Part shown: piece by piece, positions 1 to 6,944 of the stretch
Numbering within the stretch: position 1 is the first letter of the stretch
Layout of the letters: each line of letters opens with the position of its first letter
Origin: an uncultured Candidatus Saccharibacteria bacterium
GTDB taxonomy: Bacteria > Patescibacteriota > Minisyncoccia > Phycocordibacterales > CAZTPW01
Direction of reading: 5' to 3'
Length of the DNA: 54,356 nucleotides
Assembly: GCA_964615725.1 (NCBI GenBank)
Contig: CAZTPW010000004.1
Coordinates: forward strand, 1 to 54,356
The notes under the pieces: generated by a model
Databases searched by the model: none
What the model saw: the letters and a program-made list of their open reading frames with translations, nothing else
What the model was told of the DNA's origin: nothing
Program-made: the position numbers and the translations under genes

Positions 1-35
1 GCAGAGGGTCGTAGGTTCGATTCCTACTGGGCGCA
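1..35 (+). tRNA. 3' half of a tRNA (anticodon outside window; probably tRNA-Arg)
   Basis: Anticodon-stem 3' side GCAGA, variable loop, T-arm GTAGG-TTCGATT-CCTAC (11-27), acceptor strand TGGGCGC-A. A GCGCCC acceptor stem is typical of Arg tRNAs; identity is inferred. Confidence 0.7.
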
Positions 36-243
36 CAACGAACGAAGCGAAGCTGAGTGAGTGTAGCCCAAGCAACTGCCTTGAGGCAGTTGCGGGTAGG
101 AATCGAAAGGCTTTCTATGTTTCTGAGCCGCAGGCGAGGAAACCTGAAAGCCACGCGGCGTAGCCGAGATTCCTGAAATATCGCACGGAGCGTAGCGAGT
201 ACGATACGAAGACTGTACCGGCTCTGTAAGGACCGATTCCTAC
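36..243 (+). repeat. Structured tRNA-trailing element with copies of the tRNA T-arm
   Basis: GTAGGAATCGAA (96-107) is the reverse complement of tRNA 16-27; CGATTCCTAC (234-243) is a direct repeat of 18-27; perfect 9-bp hairpin at 72-93; three hairpins capped by GAGC-GNAG-CGA-like motifs. Confidence 0.6.
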
Positions 244-1016
244 TTTTCCAGCGTAGCCCACATATAAAGAAAAAACTGCCGAAACATTTTCACGATACTT
301 TCAGTCTCCAAAACAATTGTGTGGAGCTGATTATCTTTAAGCGAAAAACACACTGCCATTGAACCTCCCATAATCATCGTCCCCTCAAAGATGAAGGGGT
401 TGGGCAAAAATCTAACCTCGCGCAGAGGGTTTATTGTATAGTGTTGAGCGTGGGGCATGACTTCCCGCTTCGCAGATTCAGGTGCGATCATATTTACTTT
501 TATCTTGAGCTTCTCTCGACGGGCAATAATAGTATTCAGATATTTTGGTAAATGTTTTGAGATTTCTGAATTTGAATAAGTGTAAATCTGCTTGATTGAG
601 TGCTTTTCTAGATACTCATAGAGAACATCGAGACCTACCCTCGCGCCATTGTCACCTGTGTAAAGTTTTACATCTGGGGTATTTTTGTCGAGCCTAAAGA
701 GTTCATCAATATCTGGAAGAATACTAGAAATTAAAGCTTCTTTTTCTTTAAGACGCTCGATTAGTCTGCGAGGATTTTCTGCTGTATAGTGAGCAATATT
801 ATTTTTCTTAAAAATGGTCACAATACCGAGATTTCGGAGCTCCTCCAAAATACGATAAACCGTCGTTCGCGGAATTCGTGTATGTTTTGAGATTTTAAAT
901 GGTGTTTCATCGCCACTTTTTACCAAATAGAGATAGGTAGCGATCTGTTCACCATTGAGACCGTATTGCTTGAGAACCAATTCAATGTTGTGTGGGTTTA
1001 TCATATTACTGTCCAT
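240..1016 (-). CDS. TrmB-family transcriptional regulator (N-terminal wHTH, C-terminal effector domain)
   Basis: N-terminus YGLNGEQIATYLYL...ISKHTRIPRTTVYRILEELRNLG is a TrmB-type HTH, followed by a coiled coil and a PLD-like C-terminal domain. Alternative start at 1004. Confidence 0.85.
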   Translation of the reverse strand: MDSNMINPHNIELVLKQYGLNGEQIATYLYLVKSGDETPFKISKHTRIPRTTVYRILEELRNLGIVTIFKKNNIAHYTAENPRRLIERLKEKEALISSILPDIDELFRLDKNTPDVKLYTGDNGARVGLDVLYEYLEKHSIKQIYTYSNSEISKHLPKYLNTIIARREKLKIKVNMIAPESAKREVMPHAQHYTINPLREVRFLPNPFIFEGTMIMGGSMAVCFSLKDNQLHTIVLETESIVKMFRQFFLYMWATLEK

Positions 1017-1028
1017 TTTTTGGACAGT
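1008..1028. promoter_or_regulatory. Palindromic operator ACTGTCCA-N5-TGGACAGT
   Basis: Perfect 8-bp inverted repeat over the trmB start codon, just downstream of a minus-strand promoter TTGCAG(1060-1055)-17-TATTGT(1037-1032). Confidence 0.6.
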
Positions 1029-1164
1029 TTCACAATACCACTAATATCCTTATTCTGCAAGGTATTAAGCGATATCTGCCTTATTTCTAGCTCTTTTTCT
1101 GACACAGTTAAGACTTTTTTGTATATTCACCACGTCCAATATTTATCAAAATAGATTAAAAATC

Positions 1165-2118
1165 ATGAAAAAACTGTCACTTATTGTCGGTGCGCTCGTC
1201 ATTGTCCTGGTCATCGCTCTCTTAACACATTCATCAAAGAACAATGAATACGTCGTGAGAATCGGATATGCGCCTAATATAGGCTTCCTCCCTCTTCACA
1301 TAGCTGATCAGCAGGGTCTTTTCACCAAAGCGGGTGTAAGAGTTGAATTGAAACAGCTTCAGAGTGGCCAGCAGCTTTATGAAGCTCTTGTAAGAAAGGA
1401 GCTCGACTATGTACCCTTCCTCAGCATGGTGCCTGTTATGAATGGTGAGCTTGTCAGCCCTGGAAATGTAAAACTTGTTACCGTTACTGATATTTCACTC
1501 GAAAACCAGTTCGACGATATTTTGGTGAAAGGAAATTCAACCATCAAAAAGCTTTCTGATTTGAAAGGTAAAAAGATTGGGGTGTTCCCTGGTACTACGG
1601 GGACGAACTTCCTCAAAAAATACTTCGAGGAAAAAGGTATAGACTTCTCAAAGATAGAGTTTGTACAGCTTCCACCCCCAAGTCAGCTTCAGGCTCTCGA
1701 ATCTGGCTCGATCGATGCACTCCATGCGTATGAACCAAGTCTTACTATTGGCGTTGAAAAATCAGGTTTCAGAAAACTTGCTGGTGAATCTATTTTCGCT
1801 TCGCTTATCAACCATTCTGCGATTGGTGGCTATTGGTTTAGCACTAACTTTGCAGAGAAGCATCCGGATCTCGCACAAAAGATTGTTTCTGCTATGGATG
1901 CTGGAAATGAAGTAATTGTAGGCAATCCTACCTTGGCTCGATCAGTAGCAAAAATGACTTATAATCTCGACCAAACCATTGCTGACAGGGTTACTTTGAT
2001 CAAAATGGTGCCGAGTACTCAGTTTAAGCCTGAAATGCTCACCTCTTTTGTCGACTACCTCGTATCGATCGGTGAGCTAAAGTCTAAACCAGACCTCTCA
2101 CATATCTATTATCGCTAA
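1165..2118 (+). CDS. NitT/TauT (SsuA/THI5-like) ABC transporter substrate-binding protein
   Basis: N-terminal anchor; DLKGKKIGV motif; ALESGSIDA; first gene of an ABC operon. Confidence 0.9.
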   Translation: MKKLSLIVGALVIVLVIALLTHSSKNNEYVVRIGYAPNIGFLPLHIADQQGLFTKAGVRVELKQLQSGQQLYEALVRKELDYVPFLSMVPVMNGELVSPGNVKLVTVTDISLENQFDDILVKGNSTIKKLSDLKGKKIGVFPGTTGTNFLKKYFEEKGIDFSKIEFVQLPPPSQLQALESGSIDALHAYEPSLTIGVEKSGFRKLAGESIFASLINHSAIGGYWFSTNFAEKHPDLAQKIVSAMDAGNEVIVGNPTLARSVAKMTYNLDQTIADRVTLIKMVPSTQFKPEMLTSFVDYLVSIGELKSKPDLSHIYYR

Positions 2119-2871
2119 ATGATTTCACTCCAGAACATCTTCAAAAAATATACACGAACTGCGGCGCCAACGCAGGTACTTGAAGATGTTTCTCTTGAGG
2201 TTCCTAAAGGTCAGTTCGTAACAATTTTCGGACCGAATGGTTCTGGAAAAACAACGTTGCTCAATATTGTTTCTGGAGTAGATGAAGTGGATAGTGGTGA
2301 GGTTTTAGTACACGGAAAAAACCCAAAAGACGCAAAAGTCGGTTTTGTTTTTCAAAACTATAATGAGAGCCTCTTCCCTTGGAGAACAGTGTTGGAGAAT
2401 ATTACCTTCCCTCTCGAGGTTGCAAAGGTGAAGAAAGAGGATCAGAGGAAAATTGCTGAGCATCTTCTGGAGAAAGTAGGTCTTTCTGACTCGAAAAACA
2501 AATATGTTTATGAACTTTCCGGGGGACAGCGACAACTTGTCTCGATTTGTCGAGCAATTGCTTACGACCCTGATATTCTCATTATGGACGAGCCATTTTC
2601 TGCACTCGACTATTCGACGACGCGAAAGATGGAACTCGAGCTTCTCGATATTTGGCAGGAAAAGAAAATTACAACCATGTTTGTGAGCCACGATATTGAT
2701 GAAGCGATCTTCCTCGCTGATAAGGTGATTGTGCTTTCTCCACGACCCGCAAAAGTAAAAAAGATCTTTGAAGTGAATCTTGCCCGCCCTCGGTCGCTCG
2801 ACATGCTTTCAAGTAAAGAATTTACCGATCTTCGCAATGTAATCCTTAAAACATTCGACTATGAAAAATAA
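2119..2871 (+). CDS. NitT/TauT ABC transporter ATP-binding protein
   Basis: Walker A GPNGSGKT, signature LSGGQ, Walker B ILIMDEPF, H-loop VSHD. Confidence 0.95.
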   Translation: MISLQNIFKKYTRTAAPTQVLEDVSLEVPKGQFVTIFGPNGSGKTTLLNIVSGVDEVDSGEVLVHGKNPKDAKVGFVFQNYNESLFPWRTVLENITFPLEVAKVKKEDQRKIAEHLLEKVGLSDSKNKYVYELSGGQRQLVSICRAIAYDPDILIMDEPFSALDYSTTRKMELELLDIWQEKKITTMFVSHDIDEAIFLADKVIVLSPRPAKVKKIFEVNLARPRSLDMLSSKEFTDLRNVILKTFDYEK

Positions 2872-3613
2872 AAAGCTTTTCTACATTCTCATACCTGCCA
2901 CTCTTCTCTTTGTGTGGCACATGATCACATCTTTTAAGCTCGTAAACCCACTTTTCCTCGCATCGCCATACGAAGTGTTCTCGCACCTTTTTGCAGGTTT
3001 TGCGAGCGGATCAATATATCAAGATCTTGGGAGCACCCTCTATCGAGTACTTGTTGGGTTTGGAATAGCGGCCATTGTTGGTGTACCAGTCGGCCTTCTG
3101 ATGGGATATTCGAGTCGAATTTATAATGCCCTTGAATTTGTTGTTGAGTTTTTTCGAGGAATCCCAACGACCGCGCTCTTCCCTCTCTTTCTCTTGGTAT
3201 TTGGTATTGGAGATGAGGCAAAGTTTGCGGTGACTGCATGGGGCGCTGGACTCGTCATTCTCATACATTCAATGTACGGAGTACACCTAGGCAAAGAACT
3301 CCGAATACGCGTTGCAAAAACGATGAAAGTGCGGGGTTTTGAACTTTTTGCAAAAGTGGTTTTTCCTGAAGCGCTTCCTCAGATATTTTCAGGTTTCCGT
3401 GTCGCGCTATCACTTTCCCTTATCATCGTTATTGTGACTGAAATGTTCATTGGCACTAGTGCCGGCCTCGGAAAGCGTATTATCGATGCACAACTCGTCT
3501 ATCAAACCGCTGATATGTATGCAGCAATCCTTCTGACTGGTGTAGTAGGCTTCGTGTTGAACAAACTTATGATTTTTGCTGAAAATAAAATCGTCCACTG
3601 GAAAGGAAAGTAG
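2861..3613 (+). CDS. NitT/TauT ABC transporter permease
   Basis: Six hydrophobic segments; EAA-like loop (VVFPEALPQIFSGFRVAL); overlaps the ATPase gene. Confidence 0.92.
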   Translation: MKNKKLFYILIPATLLFVWHMITSFKLVNPLFLASPYEVFSHLFAGFASGSIYQDLGSTLYRVLVGFGIAAIVGVPVGLLMGYSSRIYNALEFVVEFFRGIPTTALFPLFLLVFGIGDEAKFAVTAWGAGLVILIHSMYGVHLGKELRIRVAKTMKVRGFELFAKVVFPEALPQIFSGFRVALSLSLIIVIVTEMFIGTSAGLGKRIIDAQLVYQTADMYAAILLTGVVGFVLNKLMIFAENKIVHWKGK

Positions 3614-3633
3614 GCATTTGTATTCCTAGAAAT

Positions 3634-3661
3634 TTGACTGCCTCTTAAAATCTGCTAAACT
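3634..3661 (+). promoter_or_regulatory. sigma70-type promoter facing the 3' end of the PemK-like gene
   Basis: TTGACT-16-TAAACT with TGn extension; the same -35/-10 pair occurs at 42800-42827 in front of the M23 gene. Confidence 0.6.
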
Positions 3662-3666
3662 TATCT

Positions 3667-3748
3667 TACAAACGCCTTCGGGCTATCAACAGGAAGGCCT
3701 GTTGGGGAAAAGATAATTACAGCAACTCCCTGAGTGCTGTTTTTATTT
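3667..3748 (+). ncRNA. Candidate ~80-nt structured small RNA, antisense to the toxin 3' end
   Basis: Promoter upstream; hairpins GCC-TTCG-GGC and CAACAGG-AAGG-CCTGTTG; terminator ACAGC(A)ACTC-CCT-GAGTGCTGT followed by a T-run (3719-3750); no ORF. Confidence 0.45.
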
Positions 3749-4109
3749 TTTGAAAATCTTCCTGTGTCGCGACACCCAACTTCCCTCTCAGTCTTTTTGT
3801 GTCATAAAGTCTAAGCTGGGAAATAATGACCGAACGAGGACCATTTTTCGTTTGAATAACTTTATAATATTTATTGTCCTCCTTGAGCTTGGTAGACAGC
3901 GCACAGCCCCAAAACAAATGGTTGTTAAACTTCCTTATCACGAGCACAGGTCTTTCAAAATATTTTCCCTTTCCATCTTCTTCATCGCCTACATTAATCC
4001 CGAGAAGTATCCATAAAATATCTCTTTCCTTACAGAAAATACTATGGAAGGCGCGGTCTTTGCCATCCTGAATCTTTTTAAGATCGTTCCAACGGTCGAA
4101 ATCCTTCAT
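3717..4109 (-). CDS. PemK/MazF-like endoribonuclease toxin (orphan)
   Basis: RDILWILLGINVGDEEDGKG...RPVLVIRKF...ISQLRLYDTKRL matches the PemK/MazF fold pattern; no antitoxin ORF adjacent. Confidence 0.8.
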   Translation of the reverse strand: MKDFDRWNDLKKIQDGKDRAFHSIFCKERDILWILLGINVGDEEDGKGKYFERPVLVIRKFNNHLFWGCALSTKLKEDNKYYKVIQTKNGPRSVIISQLRLYDTKRLRGKLGVATQEDFQKIKTALRELL

Positions 4110-4206
4110 ACATAAATTCTACTGAACACGAGATCAAGAATTTATAAAATAAATTTCGATTTTTAATAAACTCGACACATTCTTCACACTCAATTACTAT
4201 AACCTC

Positions 4207-4794
4207 ATGAAAATCTACGTCGGCGGCGTCAACGGCGTCGGCAAAACAACGATCACCCAAGAAGCGGCAAAAATCCTCGGTATGGAGTGTATTCGTGGTA
4301 GCTATGCCCTTATGGAATACCTCGGCTTCGGGCACGACTACACAAAACTCCGCGCACTTACCCAGAAGCAACGTGACATCGCCAATCGTGAATGCAGCGA
4401 ATTTCTCCTCAACTCAAAAGACAACTTCATAATGGACGGTCATTATCTCGGTCTCGTTCATGGCAAGGTGGATCGTGTCACAGATTCATGGATCAATGGC
4501 TATGACGCCCTCATCCTCATTGAAGCACCTTTCGAAGACGTCTGGGATCGCATTGCTGCCGACGAAAAAACTCGTGACCGCGCCCTCTTCCCCACCTCAC
4601 ACGACGAGGATAATAAAAAGACCATGCTTAAAAACTATATCGATCAAACTCGAGAAGAATTTACTCGCATTGCCGAGCTCTACAAGAAACCTCACATCAT
4701 CATTCAAAACGATCATGGCAAGCAAAATGTGGCTATTCAGGCATTTGTAGATTTTGTTCGAAAAAATGGCAGTTCTCCCAAAAGTGTTGTATAG
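4207..4794 (+). CDS. P-loop nucleoside monophosphate kinase, archaeal adenylate kinase (AdkA)-like
   Basis: N-terminal IYVGGVNGVGKTT; FIMDGH resembles the AdkA D-x-H motif. Confidence 0.7.
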   Translation: MKIYVGGVNGVGKTTITQEAAKILGMECIRGSYALMEYLGFGHDYTKLRALTQKQRDIANRECSEFLLNSKDNFIMDGHYLGLVHGKVDRVTDSWINGYDALILIEAPFEDVWDRIAADEKTRDRALFPTSHDEDNKKTMLKNYIDQTREEFTRIAELYKKPHIIIQNDHGKQNVAIQAFVDFVRKNGSSPKSVV

Positions 4795-4830
4795 TGAAAT
4801 CTGAAAAAAAGCACAAGAGAAAGGCACGCT

Positions 4831-5037
4831 ATGCCAGGAAAATGGAGAAAGAACTGGAAACCTCCGGGCCATGTCCCCCAAAAGGTGTGGTTGCAAGCAA
4901 ACAGGGCTCGGGCACGACTCGCCCGGGCAAAGACAGAAGTTCAAGCACCTACACAGCCTGCACCGGCTCCGATGTCTCGGAGGCGCAGGAACGCAAGCAC
5001 AATGGGCCGACACTTGTTCGGACACAACAAAGGCTAG
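4831..5037 (+). CDS. Small Arg/Lys-rich hypothetical protein (68 aa)
   Basis: TATAGT at 4789-4794, AGAAAGG shortly before the ATG, ends just before the terminator at 5067-5089. Confidence 0.45.
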   Translation: MPGKWRKNWKPPGHVPQKVWLQANRARARLARAKTEVQAPTQPAPAPMSRRRRNASTMGRHLFGHNKG

Positions 5038-5066
5038 CGACATTGGTCGCACCTCATAGGAATCAC

Positions 5067-5089
5067 CCGCCTCATGGCGGTCTTTTTTT
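5067..5089 (+). terminator. Intrinsic terminator
   Basis: CCGCC-TCAT-GGCGG followed by TCTTTTTTT. Confidence 0.7.
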
Positions 5090-5102
5090 ATTGAGTACAA
5101 AA

Positions 5103-5131
5103 TTGACAGCGCTTCAAGAAACATTTAGTCT
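5103..5131 (+). promoter_or_regulatory. sigma70 promoter
   Basis: TTGACA-17-TAGTCT. Confidence 0.7.
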
Positions 5132-5178
5132 TGTCTCCAGCCTCTCTAAATGAACGAGGGGAGTTCCACTAAACTCTT

Positions 5179-5604
5179 ATGAAACTGAAAGCTACCTATG
5201 CTGGTCTACCGCAGGGGGTCGTTGACCAATTCAACCGAATTCGCCCGCTGGCACTCAAATCCGTGCTCATACCACACCTCAAGGTATTGGACACGATCAG
5301 CCCCGCTGGTTTCTTCGTCCAGAAGTCCGATGTTGCGGATGATTCAACACACCAACCCTTTGTCCATGTTGGACTCTCGGGTGTTTCGCTCAATAACGAA
5401 CGTGCGGCCAATGATTTTCTGAAAGCTTGCTCCGCGCTCACCGAACTCTATCAGGGTATTCTTCAAGGCTGCATCGACCTCAAGGGCAAGACCGTGACTT
5501 TGTTCGTCGTGCTCTACCTCGATGGTAAACACCCCTCGACCGGCTCGTCGCTTGTCGAAAGCGGTGAAATCCAAATTGAAATCAAGGGTGACGGACTACT
5601 CTGA
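5179..5604 (+). CDS. Hypothetical protein (141 aa)
   Basis: ORF bounded by its own promoter and terminator; no motif recognised. Confidence 0.75.
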   Translation: MKLKATYAGLPQGVVDQFNRIRPLALKSVLIPHLKVLDTISPAGFFVQKSDVADDSTHQPFVHVGLSGVSLNNERAANDFLKACSALTELYQGILQGCIDLKGKTVTLFVVLYLDGKHPSTGSSLVESGEIQIEIKGDGLL

Positions 5605-5627
5605 ATGTAGTTTCAGTTTCGAGATCA

Positions 5628-5655
5628 AGCCCGGCGCAATGCGCTGGGTTTTTTA
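5628..5655 (+). terminator. Intrinsic terminator (possibly bidirectional with holA)
   Basis: AGCCCGGCGC-AAT-GCGCTGGGTT plus T-run. Confidence 0.75.
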
Positions 5656-5680
5656 TTCTCTAAAATTTCAGAGTTTACAC

Positions 5681-6400
5681 TTAAACACTCAAAAGAAATC
5701 TCTCAAGGGCAACATCAAGCGTAGCCCCTCCCCTTCGCGCATTGTGATAGATTTCGATACATTGCCGACCGATTTCACGCAACTCAGCAGCAGAAAAATG
5801 TGACGCATATGCTTGTGATTTTTTAAACACAAAAGGACTCAATCCTGACTGGGTAGCTGAAGAAACTTTTACGGAAACAAGCATAGCCTTCACTTGCCAC
5901 CAGAGAATTCCATGGATCTGCTCATCCTCTACACCGTCCATTTTTGCTTTTTGGTAGAGCACCCATAGAGACTTTTTGTCACGAGCGCCAAAAGCGTCGC
6001 AGAGTGCAAAAAGATTGTTGGCTTCTTTTTTTGCCACCACTTCATCAGAAACGCACTCTTGCACTTTTTCAGCATGTTTTTCAATTTTTGTAACAACAGC
6101 TTTTTCCAAACTCCCCTCTCGCACAATACAGATATGTTGGGATTCATGAAAGTCCTTGAGATTGGAGAGGATTGCGTCGCGAGTTTCCTTGTTTCCAAGA
6201 AGGTTTGAGAGCACGATAATATATTTGTGTGAAAAGAGGCCTTGGCTACCAAGATATTCACGAAGAGTTGCTTCGTTGAAATTTTCATCATTCATGGAAA
6301 ACACCTGCGCGTCAGGACGCTTCTTGAGAAGTGTTGCAACAAGGTCTTGAGTTTTTTCTCTCACGGTGTCGGTGTCTTTTCCGTATAGGAGGTAAAGCAT
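5681..6400 (-). CDS. holA: DNA polymerase III delta subunit
   Basis: MLYLLYGKD start; N-terminal AAA+-like GLFS..IIVL; C-terminal FALCDAFG..DKK and ..ALERFLL typical of HolA. Start refined to ATG 6400 (TATTCT 6 nt upstream). Confidence 0.85.
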   Translation of the reverse strand: MLYLLYGKDTDTVREKTQDLVATLLKKRPDAQVFSMNDENFNEATLREYLGSQGLFSHKYIIVLSNLLGNKETRDAILSNLKDFHESQHICIVREGSLEKAVVTKIEKHAEKVQECVSDEVVAKKEANNLFALCDAFGARDKKSLWVLYQKAKMDGVEDEQIHGILWWQVKAMLVSVKVSSATQSGLSPFVFKKSQAYASHFSAAELREIGRQCIEIYHNARRGGATLDVALERFLLSV

Positions 6401-6424
6401 GGGTATAGAATAGCTTGTTTTGGT

Positions 6425-6458
6425 AAAAGAAAAAAGCGCCGTCCTTGCGGACGGCGCT
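6425..6458 (-). terminator. Intrinsic terminator
   Basis: AGCGCCGTCC-loop-GGACGGCGCT 10-bp stem followed by a minus-strand T-run. Confidence 0.8.
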
Positions 6459-6477
6459 GTGAAATGTATGGGCAAGC

Positions 6478-6843
6478 TTAGTGGTCTGGCCGCTTCGGCT
6501 GTCGCAGATGAAACCCGCGACGACGATCATGTGCCATGCTAAGGAGAGTCCCGTAGAGATGCTGATCGCAGTCCTTGGGTGAGATCGGGCAAAACTGCCG
6601 GTATGCTGCCGAAAGTTTGAGTGCTTGTGCTCCTGTGTGATAGAAGGTGATCCAGATCACAAGAGCGCCACGCTCGAGGGCTTTCTTGGCGATGATGAAG
6701 TTGTGGGTGATGACAACCTCAGCATCATCAGCGCACGCGGCCTTCTCAAACATAGTGAGAGCTGTCGCAACAAGATTATCTGGGCACCAAACCCAACCGG
6801 GTTCCGGCACGTAACAGGCCTTGAAGGGAAAATTATTAGCCAT
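6478..6843 (-). CDS. Hypothetical protein (121 aa, Cys/His-containing)
   Basis: Own promoter TTGACT(6920-6915)-17-TACTAT(6897-6892), leader hairpin and downstream terminator. Confidence 0.7.
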   Translation of the reverse strand: MANNFPFKACYVPEPGWVWCPDNLVATALTMFEKAACADDAEVVITHNFIIAKKALERGALVIWITFYHTGAQALKLSAAYRQFCPISPKDCDQHLYGTLLSMAHDRRRGFHLRQPKRPDH

Positions 6844-6944
6844 ACATGAAAAGGAGCGTACTTCGGCCCATCCGAAGCACTTACAAGGTATATAGTACCT
6901 CGAAATATAGAATAAGTCAATATGATAAAATCACTCTCACAAAC

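Noticed and set aside
4794-5153. 119-aa ORF overlapping the kinase stop
   Set aside because: Runs through the terminator at 5067-5089 and the next promoter; the nested 4831-5037 frame fits the SD-like site and terminator better.
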